Part shown: positions 17,805 through 27,044 of the stretch, piece after piece
Layout: each line of letters starts with the position of its first letter
Numbering within the stretch: position 1 is the first letter of the stretch
NCBI GenBank assembly: GCA_963734495.1
Contig: CAVTHK010000010.1
Span: 192,001 to 256,000 of the forward strand
Source: an uncultured Spirochaetota bacterium
GTDB lineage: Bacteria; Spirochaetota; Spirochaetia; SZUA-6; CAVTHK01
Length of the DNA: 64,000 nt
Direction of reading: 5' to 3'
Made by a program: the position numbers and the translations under genes
Notes under the pieces: generated by a model
What the model was told of the DNA's origin: nothing
Databases searched by the model: none
The model's input: only the letters and a program-made list of their open reading frames with translations

Positions 17805-19700
17805 ATGGCCGATGCCACGACCAGCACGACTGACCCGTCGCAGACGGGGCTCGCGCGCAGGGCAGTTCAGGATTCCCCGCCCCCCATGGGTCCGCGGATG
17901 CGCCGCGGCCCCGGCTCCGTGATCATCGAAACGGCCAGGGACCCCGGCCGCGCCTTCCGGCGCCTGGTCGTCTACCTGGGCCCCGAGGCTCCCCTGCTGC
18001 TGGTCGCCATGAGCTTCGTGCTGTTGTCCGTCGCCTCCCGCTCGATTTCGCCGGCGCTGGTGGGGACGGCGATCAGGAACTCGCTCGAGCTGCAGCAGGA
18101 CCTTCCGGGCTTTCTGCGCCGGCTCGCGGTGATCTTCGGCCTGGCGGTCGGCGGGTGGGCCGGCGATGCCGTCTCCGGCATCATGGTCAACAGGATCGCC
18201 AACGACCTGGTCTTTCGATTGCGCCAGGAGAGCTTCGCTCACATCCAGCGGCTGTCGATGTCCTATTTCGATCGCGCGGGCATAGGCGACCTGGTCTCGC
18301 GCCTGACCAACGATGTCGAAACGATCTCGAGCGCGCTGACAAGCGGCTTTTCCAACCTGGCGGGCGGGGTGCTGTCCGTCATCGGCGTGCTCATCGCCAT
18401 GCTGAGCTTGAGCCTGCCGCTGACCGTGGTCGTCATCGTGATCGTCCCCCTGATGCTCGCGGCCACGGGGATCGTGGGCCGACGCGTGCGCGTGGTCTTC
18501 AGGGAGAACCAGCGCTTCGTCGGCCTGCTCAGCGCGGGAATCGAGGAATCGGTCAGCGGCGTGCGCGCCATCAAGGCGTTCCACCGCGAGGAAGCGGAAT
18601 TTCGATCGTTCGATGCCGTCAACGTGAAAGCCACGGACGTCGGGACGAAGGCCGAGTTCACAGCCTACCTCCTCAGCCCAATCCTCAACTTCGTGACGTC
18701 GCTGAGCGTGGCTCTGATGGTCGCCATCGGGGGTACTCTCGTCCTGTCACACAGCCATGCCTTCTCCATCGGCCTGCTCACCTCGTTCCTGCTGTACGCG
18801 CGGCGCTTCTTCCAGCCCCTGCGCCAGATGACGGACGTGTACAACGTGCTGCAGTCGGCGCTGGCCGGCGCAGAAAGGCTCTTTGAGGTGCTGGATACGG
18901 AGTCTGAGACCAGGCCGCGCGCCGGCGCCCGCCGGATTCACATCCGCGGGGACATCGAGTTCGAGGACGTCCGCTTCGGCTACGACCCGGGGCGCCCCGT
19001 CCTGGACGGCATCAGCTTCCGCGTCGAGGCCGGGCGCACCGTGGCCATCGTCGGCCACACGGGGGCCGGCAAGACGACCATAGTCAACCTGCTCGCCCGC
19101 CACTACGACGTCGATTCCGGACGGATCCTCGTCGACGGCACGGACATCCGCGATCACGACGCCGCGTCGCTCCGCTCGCAGATGGGCGTCGTCCTGCAGG
19201 AACCGTTCTTCTTTGCCCGGACGGTTCGCGAGAACCTCCTCTACGGCAATCCGGCGGCGAGCGAACGGCAGATGATCGACGCGGCGGTGCTGGCCAACGC
19301 CGACCAGTTCGTGCGCAGGCTTCCCGGCCAGTACGACTTCGCCCTGATCGAGCGCGGCGAGAATATCTCGCAGGGACAGCGGCAGCTCCTCGCGATCGCC
19401 AGGGCGATCCTGGCGGACCCGAGGATCCTCATCCTCGACGAAGCGACCTCGAATGTGGACAGCCTCACGGAGATCCAGATCCAGCAGGGCCTGCTCCGCC
19501 TGATGCAGGGAAGGACGAGCGTGATCATCGCGCACCGGCTTTCGACCATCAAGAACGCGGACAAGGTCCTGGTGATTCACGATCACAGAATCGTGGAAGA
19601 AGGCTCTCACCCCCAGCTCATGCAGGCCGGCGGGTTCTATTCGCGGCTGTACAGCCTGCAGATCGCGAACGCGAACGCGACGGAGGTCATGCCGAACTGA
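17805..19700 (+). CDS. ABC exporter subunit 2 (TMD+NBD, consensus site)
   Basis: GHTGAGKT, ISQGQRQL, ILDEATS, IAHRLST; TM287/288-like pair. Confidence 0.92.
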   Translation: MADATTSTTDPSQTGLARRAVQDSPPPMGPRMRRGPGSVIIETARDPGRAFRRLVVYLGPEAPLLLVAMSFVLLSVASRSISPALVGTAIRNSLELQQDLPGFLRRLAVIFGLAVGGWAGDAVSGIMVNRIANDLVFRLRQESFAHIQRLSMSYFDRAGIGDLVSRLTNDVETISSALTSGFSNLAGGVLSVIGVLIAMLSLSLPLTVVVIVIVPLMLAATGIVGRRVRVVFRENQRFVGLLSAGIEESVSGVRAIKAFHREEAEFRSFDAVNVKATDVGTKAEFTAYLLSPILNFVTSLSVALMVAIGGTLVLSHSHAFSIGLLTSFLLYARRFFQPLRQMTDVYNVLQSALAGAERLFEVLDTESETRPRAGARRIHIRGDIEFEDVRFGYDPGRPVLDGISFRVEAGRTVAIVGHTGAGKTTIVNLLARHYDVDSGRILVDGTDIRDHDAASLRSQMGVVLQEPFFFARTVRENLLYGNPAASERQMIDAAVLANADQFVRRLPGQYDFALIERGENISQGQRQLLAIARAILADPRILILDEATSNVDSLTEIQIQQGLLRLMQGRTSVIIAHRLSTIKNADKVLVIHDHRIVEEGSHPQLMQAGGFYSRLYSLQIANANATEVMPN

Positions 19701-19735
19701 GGCCGCCCAGAAGTGAACCGCGGGGCGCCGGACCG

Positions 19736-20449
19736 CTACTGCTTGAGCCAGGACAGAAAACGGTTGACGACGCCGGGAGCCCGGCGGCGCGACGGCGGTG
19801 TGATGCCGCTGAACTTCGAAATATCGTCTTCCATGCCTCCGACCAGGAACACGTCCCCCTCCACGATCCGGTATGCGGGAGTGAAAAAGCTGTACTCCTC
19901 GCCGTCGCCGCGGCGCACGGCGATGACGTTCACGCCGTGCTCCGCCCTGAGATTCGCCTCGATGAGGGTCTTGCCGAAGTAGCGCTCGGGCGGACTGACC
20001 TCGGCGATGACGAACCCGCCTCCCAGCGGAAGAAAGCTGGTGATGGCCGACGAGGCGAGCATGGGCACGACGCGCCTCGCAGCTTCCCGATCGGGGAAGA
20101 TGACGCGATGGGCGCCTACGATCTGCAGGATCTCGCCGTGCTGATCGCTCTCGGCCTTGGCGATGATGTTGCCGACGCCCATCTTCTTGAGGTAGTTCAC
20201 CACCAGGATCGAAGCCTCGAGCTGGTCGCCGAGATCGATGATCGCCGCATCGATGCTCTCGGGCACAAGCCTTCGGATCACCTGCTCGTCGAGCGCGTCG
20301 GCGACGTACGCCAGCTTGACGATGTCTTTGTGCGCCTCCACGGCGTCGCGGTCCTTGTCGATGAGGAGAACGTCCGCGCCAAGCCCCTTGAGCTCCTCCA
20401 GGACCCTGCGCCCGAAGGCGCCGAGACCGATCACGGCAAACTGTTTCAT
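19736..20449 (-). CDS. ktrA: KtrA/TrkA-family RCK regulatory subunit
   Basis: MKQFAVIGLGAFG Rossmann motif, IIAKA..H..IL..VGA..VIFP; RCK_C; TGATG coupling with ktrB. Confidence 0.85.
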   Translation of the reverse strand: MKQFAVIGLGAFGRRVLEELKGLGADVLLIDKDRDAVEAHKDIVKLAYVADALDEQVIRRLVPESIDAAIIDLGDQLEASILVVNYLKKMGVGNIIAKAESDQHGEILQIVGAHRVIFPDREAARRVVPMLASSAITSFLPLGGGFVIAEVSPPERYFGKTLIEANLRAEHGVNVIAVRRGDGEEYSFFTPAYRIVEGDVFLVGGMEDDISKFSGITPPSRRRAPGVVNRFLSWLKQ

Positions 20450-21774
20450 CAGCCTATCAAAACCTCCCCCTGAGGGTAGTCGATGATGCGCGCGGCGCGC
20501 GACCGCCTGTCTCTCGCCGCCAGCGAGATCAGGCCGACGCGGCCGATGAACATCGTGGCGATGATCACGACCTTGCCTGCGGCCGACAGCATCGAGGTGA
20601 TCCCCATGGACAACCCGACGGTCCCGAAGGCGGAGAACGACTCGAAGGCGAGCGAGATGAAGCTCTTGCCCGAACGGTACTCGAACATCAGCAGCAGGAA
20701 CACCGCGCCGGAAAGCAGGCCCAGCGCCCTCACCGCGAACAGGAGCGCGTCGCTTAGCGCGGAGGAGCCCACCTTGCGGTCGAACACCGTGATCTCCCCA
20801 TCCCGGTCGCGGCCGACAAAGAGCTGAAGGTAAACCAGGAATGCGGTGCTCGTCTTGATCCCTCCGGCGCAGGAGCCCGGAGATCCGCCGATGAACATGA
20901 GGACCATGGTAAGCAGCAGCGACGGCGGCGAAAGCTCGCCCTGAGGCAGGGCGTTGAACCCGGCCGTCCGGGGCGTAATCGACTGAAAGAGCGCGTTCAC
21001 CAGCCGGTCGCCGATGCTCAGGCCGGCCATCGTTCGGCCCGCCTCGAAGAGGTAGAAGAGGCCCGCGCCCGCAACGACGAGAGCGGCCGTAACGGTCAGA
21101 ACAATGCGGCTGTGGAACGTCACCGCGCGGGAGCCGAACGCCGCCCGCCGGAGGAGGTCCACAAAGACGACGAAGCCCAGCCCGCCGCATACGATCAGCG
21201 CCGCGATGGTGAGCAGGAGACGCGCGCTGGTGCGGTATGGCTCGAAGCTCGTCCTGAAGGGGGAGAGGCCTGCGTTGCAGAAGGCGGAAACTGCATGAAA
21301 CACGCTCATGAAGACGGGATCCTCGACGCGGCCTCGGAGGAACGGGTAAAGCGCGGCCGTGCCCGCCATCTCGAACGCAAGAGTGAACGACACGACATAG
21401 AGGGTCAGGCGCGCGGGATCGTGCTCGACCAGCGGCAGGGAATAACTCTGCACGAAATAGCGGGCCCGGAATGACATCCGCTTGCGCCCCGGCAGCATCA
21501 GAAAGAGTGTGGTGAACGTGATGAGCCCGAGGCCACCCGTCTGTATCAGGAGCAGGACGACGGTCTGGCCGAAACGCGAAAAATCGGCGATGTCCACGGT
21601 CGCCAGACCGGTCACGCACACGGCAGAAGTGGCGATGAAGAGCGCGTCGATCGGGGCCAACCTCCCAGGCCCGATCCAGGCGCCGGGGAGCAGGAGCAGC
21701 AGCGTGCCCGCGACGATCAAACCGGCAAAGAAGATAAGAAGGAAGGCCCTCGGAGGAACGGCCGCCTGGATCAC
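20449..21774 (-). CDS. ktrB: KtrB/TrkH-family K+ translocating subunit
   Basis: Four pore loops SAVCVTGL, SAFCNAGL, TPRTAGFN, SAFGTVGL; GGIK; MFIGRVG. Confidence 0.88.
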   Translation of the reverse strand: MIQAAVPPRAFLLIFFAGLIVAGTLLLLLPGAWIGPGRLAPIDALFIATSAVCVTGLATVDIADFSRFGQTVVLLLIQTGGLGLITFTTLFLMLPGRKRMSFRARYFVQSYSLPLVEHDPARLTLYVVSFTLAFEMAGTAALYPFLRGRVEDPVFMSVFHAVSAFCNAGLSPFRTSFEPYRTSARLLLTIAALIVCGGLGFVVFVDLLRRAAFGSRAVTFHSRIVLTVTAALVVAGAGLFYLFEAGRTMAGLSIGDRLVNALFQSITPRTAGFNALPQGELSPPSLLLTMVLMFIGGSPGSCAGGIKTSTAFLVYLQLFVGRDRDGEITVFDRKVGSSALSDALLFAVRALGLLSGAVFLLLMFEYRSGKSFISLAFESFSAFGTVGLSMGITSMLSAAGKVVIIATMFIGRVGLISLAARDRRSRAARIIDYPQGEVLIG

Positions 21775-22633
21775 TGGACGGCAACTCTATAGCGGGGGGC
21801 GTTCGGTTTTCAAGGGTCGAGCGTCGTTTTTTCCGTTTCCGCGCCGCCGGCGTTTGAGGCTACCGGCGCCGGAACCGTGGCGTGAGCAGCAGCCGTCTGG
21901 ATTCCTGAGTCGTTCAGCGATCATCGCCAGCCTCAAGGCGGCTTGCAGGGGCTCGCATCCCCCTGCTATGCACGCGGGCGCAGGAGGCGCGGGGCCGAGG
22001 TTCGTCGTTCAGCGATGAAGTGAAAGTCGCAGGCGACGATGATCGCGGCCAATGAACATTGTCAGCACCAGAAAGAGGCGCGGCCATCCATCAGCCTTCG
22101 GGGCTGAGGTCGTTGACGAAGATCGACTGTTCGTATGCCGAAAGACGTCCGACGCATCCGGGCTCTCAATTCGGCTGTTTGACCAGTCCTCTTGTCCTTG
22201 GGATTGAGCCCTTTCGCATTGTAGGGGCGAGCATGGGGACGGAGATCGAGCGGGGCGCGGCTGTCCCTCCGCGCTCCCTTCGCCGGTCTCACGGCCCCGC
22301 GGATCGCCGAATGCTTCCTGTACCTAGCGAAGAAACTCCAGGCGGAGGAAAACAGAACAAGAGAACAGCGACAGGGAGCCGGAGGCGAACTGCCGAAAGA
22401 ACACGGGACGCAGGGGCTGTTCAGGTCCTGCGAGTCCGTTTGAACAGCTTCAGAATCCGCAGGACCAGTTCCACTAGGAACCCGATCATTAGGATCCCCC
22501 TTGGCGGAGGAACGAGTCGCCGGGGCTAACCTTAGCGAGGCGGCCGGTTCCGGTCCCGCGCCTCGCACCTACCTGGGAGTATCCTCAATCAAGTCTCTTC
22601 GCGCAACAGCTCGAGCCACCTCCTGGCCCCTTC

Positions 22634-22698
22634 TTTATGCGTTCTTTACATCCAGTGAGCGAAGTTTGACCCCGTTCTGACACCGGAAGTGGCAAGCT
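22634..22698 (+). promoter_or_regulatory. Predicted KdpE-type direct-repeat promoter of the Trk operon
   Basis: TTTATG-N5-TTTACA (22634/22645), TTGACC-N5-CTGACA (22666/22677), TG-n-CAAGCT candidate -10 at 22693; same spacing as the kdp promoter. Confidence 0.65.
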
Positions 22699-22747
22699 TA
22701 TCCTACCGGCGGTTCGGCGTCATACGACCGCCGATAGGGATACTGGC

Positions 22748-23262
22748 ATGGAACTGATGACTTACATGGAGTGCGACGACGCCTTTGTTGCATTCCCCAG
22801 CGTCCTGCAGGGACTCAGGATGGCGAGGGTCTCATCGAGCGACCTGCTCCTCGTAAGCACGGATCCGGTGCCGGAGGTCGGTGACCTCGTCGCCTTTGTC
22901 GGGTTGTTCAAGGCAGCGGGCGGAGAGGTGGACCGCCTGGGTGTTGCGAGCCCCCGGCCTTCCCTGGGGTGGATCCGCGCCGTGCGCGCCGAAGGTATCG
23001 CAAAGGTCTACTTCGTCGCGTTCGGCCCGGGATCGGACCCGCGGCAGCTGAGCCGGGGCAGTCTGCTGGAGGTCCCGGGGGACATCTGCCCCGCGCTGCA
23101 TGTCCGGATGCTTCGACGGTCAGCCGACGAGCGTCTGCGGGAACAGGTTCGACCAGCTCGTGCTGGGCCGGCGGCAGTTCACGGAGCAGTGCTTTGACCA
23201 GGTGGAGCGAATGCCGCTGGGCCGTCCTGACCGCCGCCCTCGCCACAGCGGCATCGCGATAG
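22748..23262 (+). CDS. Hypothetical protein with C-terminal 4-Cys motif (about 170 aa after repairing two +1 frameshifts near 23112 and 23201)
   Basis: Reconstructed ..DICPALHVRMLDGQPTSVCGNRFDQLVLGRRQFTEQCFDQWSECRWAV..; its TAG overlaps the trkA RBS (TAGGAG). Confidence 0.55.
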
Positions 23263-23271
23263 GAGTTGTCC

Positions 23272-23703
23272 ATGCACATCATCATCGTTGGCTGTGGACG
23301 TGTCGGGTCGGCCCTGGCCGATGCCAGCAGCCGAGGCGGCGACGATGTCGTGATCATCGACAAGGACCCCGGAGCCTTCCGGCAGCTGGGGGCGGGATTC
23401 AACGGCGTCACCATGCGCGGCACCGGCTGCGACGAGGAGCAGCTCCGTGAGGCGGGCATCGAGCGCTGCGACGCCTTCGTGGCGGCCACCGACTCCGACA
23501 GCGTCAACATGATGGCCGCAGAGATCGCCCTGCGCATCTACCACGTCCCGCGAGTTGTGGTCAGACTGTACGAGCCCCAGCACGAGCGGTCGATGCGCGT
23601 GCTGGGACTGGACTACGTCAACGACGCCGCCCTGTCGGTGCAGGCCATCCTCGGGAAGTTGGACGTGGACGTGCTGGCCGGCGACCGGCAGGAGAGCGCC
23701 TGA
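23272..23703 (+). CDS. trkA: TrkA-family protein, RCK_N domain only (143 aa)
   Basis: MHIIIVGCGRVG, IDKD, AFVAATDSDSVN; AGGAG RBS. Confidence 0.85.
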   Translation: MHIIIVGCGRVGSALADASSRGGDDVVIIDKDPGAFRQLGAGFNGVTMRGTGCDEEQLREAGIERCDAFVAATDSDSVNMMAAEIALRIYHVPRVVVRLYEPQHERSMRVLGLDYVNDAALSVQAILGKLDVDVLAGDRQESA

Positions 23704-23704
23704 C

Positions 23705-24434
23705 ATGTTCGTGGCGATCAACGGCGGAGGCGAAGTCGGCTCGTTCCTGGCCCGGACTCTCCTCGGGAAAGGGCACGCGGTGAGCGTCATCGACAAGCGG
23801 TCGGAGGTCATGCGCAAGCTCGCCGAGGAGCTCTCGCCGAACATCCTCCTGGTCGAAGGCGACGGCTGCGACGTTCGTGCCCTGGAGGACGCCGGCGTCG
23901 ATCGAGCTGACGTTTTCGCCTCGGTGACGCCCCACGACGAGGAGAACCTCGTATCCTGCCAGCTGGCCCGCCTGAACTTCGGCGTCCGGCGGGTGGTTGC
24001 CCGGGTCAGCAGCCCGCGCAACGAGGGAGCATTCCACTCTCTGGGCATCGAGGCCATCTCCTCGACCACTGTCATCGGCCGAGCTCATCGAGGAGCAGCT
24101 GACCGTCGGCGACATCATCCGTCTCTACACGCTGCAGAAGGGGCAGCTCGGCCTGGTGGAGGTCGAGGTCCCGGCGGGAGCGTCGGCGGCGGACGGACGG
24201 ACCGTGGCCGAGCTCGGGCTGCCCGATGAAATCGTGCTCGTCTCCCTGACACGCGGCGACCAGCTGCTGATCCCCCGGGGCCGGACCTCCCTGCAGGCCG
24301 GCGACCGGGTGATGGCGATGACCCTGGCGGGACGGGAGCCGGAGCTTGCCCGGCTGCTCCGCGGCAACGGCACGGCGGCGAAGCGCGGCGGCGCGAAGGC
24401 GGGGGGTCATGAACGGCAACGGCGATTACCTTGA
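23705..24434 (+). CDS. trkA: TrkA-family protein (RCK_N+RCK_C), +1 frameshift near 24077
   Basis: GGGEVG, GDG, DEENL..CQLA, VARV; after the shift ELIEEQL..RGDQLLIPRG..LQAGDRV. Confidence 0.85.
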
Positions 24435-24558
24435 CTTTCGGCGGTGGCGTAACATCGTCTCCTACCTCGCCGGGATCGGCGTGGAAACCCTCTTCAGCCT
24501 GGCCCTGGCCGGCATCGGCATGCTGATCGTGGCCGGGTTGCGGATCCTCGCCAGTTAG
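24409..24558 (+). CDS. Small membrane protein, 49 aa
   Basis: MNGNGDYLDFRRWRNIVSYLAGIGVETLFSLALAGIGMLIVAGLRILAS; fills the trkA-trkH gap and overlaps the trkA stop. Confidence 0.65.
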   Translation: MNGNGDYLDFRRWRNIVSYLAGIGVETLFSLALAGIGMLIVAGLRILAS

Positions 24559-24572
24559 CGCAAAGTACGTAC

Positions 24573-26077
24573 ATGCTCCTCAGGCCTCGGGCCGCTGACC
24601 TCAGGGTCATCGGTCTCTACACCGGCAGGATCATCTTCGGTGTTGGGCTGCTGATGGCGGTGCCGCTGGCGACGGCGCTCATCGCCGCGGAGTGGGCCCC
24701 GGCCGTCGACTTCGTCATCGGCATGTGCGCCTGCCTCGCCTTCGGCCTGCTGACCGAGATCGGCTGCCGGACCTCGCGCGATCCCACCTGGACGCACGGC
24801 CTGGTGGTGGCCGGCTTCTCGTGGCTGGCAGCCACGGCCATCGGGGCCATTCCCCACTGGCTCTCGGGCCACTACGGCTCCTTCCTCGACGCCATGTTCG
24901 ACCTGATGAGCGGCTACACCACCACCGGGCTGATCCTCATCCAGGACCTCGACCACGTCTCCCACGGCCTGAACATGTGGCGCTTCCTCCTGACCTACGC
25001 CGGCGGGCAGGGGATCATCGTCATCGCCCTGACCTTCCTCGTGGGAAGCGCTTCGGGCGCCTACCCCATGTACGTAGGCGAGGGCAAGGACGAGCGGCTC
25101 CTGCCCAATGTCATCAGGACAGCCCGGGCCATCTGGCTCGTTTCGCTGGTCTACCTCGCCGTCAGCACCCCGTTCTGTGGATCATCGCGGTGGCGAACGG
25201 CCAGTCGGCGGCCCGGGGGTTCCTCCACGCGCTGTGGATCTCCATGTCGGGATGGTCGACCGGCGGCTTCGCTCCCCAGTCCTACAACACCTACTACTAC
25301 CACTCCCTTGCCATTCGAGCTGGTCAACGGTGGTCATCTTCGTGGCCGGCTCGCTGAACTTCGCCCTGCACTGGGCCGTGTGGACCGGACGCCGGGGCGA
25401 GATCCGCCGCGACATCGAGATCGATCTCCTTTGCGATCACGATGACGATCGCCATGCTCGTGACAACCGCGGGCCTCATGAAGCTGGGGGTCTACCCCGA
25501 CTTTCTCGCCGCGCTGCGCAAGATGTTCTACCAGGTGGTGAGCGGCCACACGACCACCGGCTACTCCACGATCTACTCACGGGCTTTCGTCCGGCAGTGG
25601 GGACCGCTGGCCATGCTCGGGATCACCCTGGCCATGGCCATCGGGGCCAGCGCCTGCTCCACTGCGGGCGGGTTCAAGGGCATTCGCGTAGGTCTCGTCT
25701 TCAAGGGCATCGTGCTGAGCGTCCGTCGCGCCCTCGCGCCCGAGCGCGCCCGTGTGGTCGTGAAATGGCACCACCTCCGCACCCGGGTCCTCGACGAGTC
25801 CACGGTCGCCTCGGCGATGCTCGTCGTCATCTGCTACGTCGCGGTCTACGCGCTGGGGACGCTGGCCGGAGTGCTGTGCGGCTACCCGCTCATCGAGGCG
25901 CTTTTCGATGCGGTGTCGGCCGGCTCGAACTCCGGGCTCTCGTGCGGCGTCACCTCCCCGGCTATGCCCGCCTTCCTGAAGGTTGTCTACATCCTGGAGA
26001 TGTGGGCCGGTCGCCTCGAGTTCATGAGCGTGTTCGCCTTGGGCGGATACGTGATCTCGATCGTCAGGGGGCGGTAG
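24573..26077 (+). CDS. trkH: TrkH-family K+ uptake protein; about 4 frameshifts (near 25170, 25307, 25326, 25427)
   Basis: Pore loops SGYTTTGL, SGWSTGGF, SGHTTTGY, SAGSNSGL; GGQGII, STAGGFK, MWAGRLE spread across three frames. Confidence 0.85.
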
Positions 26078-26082
26078 GCGAA

Positions 26083-26625
26083 ATGATCACGATTCTTGCC
26101 TTCATGCTGGCCGCCGCCTGCTCCAGCTCGGCCCAGATTGCCGAGATCCCGTCCCCGGGCAGCGCGGCGCTTGTCGAGGATGCGAAGGATTGGGACGGCC
26201 GCACCGTCAGTTTCACGGGAGAGGCGATCGGCGAGGCAATGCGCCGGGGCAAGATGGCGTGGATCCACCTCAACGACGACGCCTACGGCCTCGCCCAGGA
26301 CCCGGGCGCGCGGCTTTCCGGGTTCAACAGCGGCATGGCCGTGTGGGTCGACACGCAAATGGAATCCCGCATCGCTTTCTTCGGCGACTACAAACGTCAC
26401 GGCGACGTGGTGGAGGTGAAGGGCATCTTCCACGCCGCCTGCCCGCAGCACGGCGGGGACATGGACATCCACGCTGATTCGCTTCGGATCGTGCGGAGCG
26501 GTCACTTGGTCGCGCGGCCCATAGGCCGTTCGCGCCTTCTCGCGGCCGGCGTGATGGTTGCGCTAGCCGCATTTCTGTTCCTCGTGCGAGCGATCCTACG
26601 ACGACGGGGCGACACGGATCCTTGA
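26083..26625 (+). CDS. Membrane-anchored OB-fold-like protein downstream of trkH
   Basis: N-terminal signal/TM, DGRTVSFTGEAIG..WIHLND..GDVVEVKGIFHAACPQHGGDMDIHA, C-terminal TM followed by basic residues. Confidence 0.7.
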   Translation: MITILAFMLAAACSSSAQIAEIPSPGSAALVEDAKDWDGRTVSFTGEAIGEAMRRGKMAWIHLNDDAYGLAQDPGARLSGFNSGMAVWVDTQMESRIAFFGDYKRHGDVVEVKGIFHAACPQHGGDMDIHADSLRIVRSGHLVARPIGRSRLLAAGVMVALAAFLFLVRAILRRRGDTDP

Positions 26626-26633
26626 AGACAGCC

Positions 26634-26865
26634 GGGCTGCTCTGTCTGCGCGGCCTCGGGGCGCGCTTCACCTCTGCGCCGCTGGGCGCCCTGACCCTGA
26701 AGAACACCGCGAGGGACAAGATGGCGCAGGCCTTGGGTTCAACGTGATCCGTCAGGTGGGCGGCAGCGTAGGCATCGCGGTTCTGGGCGCTATCGAAGCG
26801 CGGCAGGTCGTCTTCCACTCGACCTTCACCGGCCAGGCGATCGACTGGAGCTCGCCCGTCCTTCT
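26634..26865 (+). pseudogene. Remnant of an EmrB/QacA (DHA2) MFS gene
   Basis: LRGLGARFTSAPLGALTL..DKMAQALG / FNVIRQVGGSVGIAVLG..VFH resembles the DHA2 TM12-13 region; no start codon, frame break. Confidence 0.6.
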
Positions 26866-27044
26866 CTCGCCCCTCTTGCCCTGCAGATCCACGAGCTGTG
26901 GGTGAAGCTCCCCGTCGCGGTGGCTGCGGGCACCCGGGGCTCCTTCACAACGGACTCGCCCTTCTCTCGATGCAGCGTAGAAAAGGGCTCGTAAGGAAGC
27001 GTGCGCTCTGCCCGGCGCTCAGGCCGGGACCGCGACGAAGCCCG

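Noticed and set aside
19736-21784. 682-aa apparent KtrA with a long N-terminal extension
   Set aside because: The extension is an off-frame read of ktrB; the real start is ATG 20449 (TGATG coupling)
22059-22568. ORFs of 156 and 168 aa in the ktr-trk spacer
   Set aside because: No RBS, no coding-like bias and no recognisable motifs
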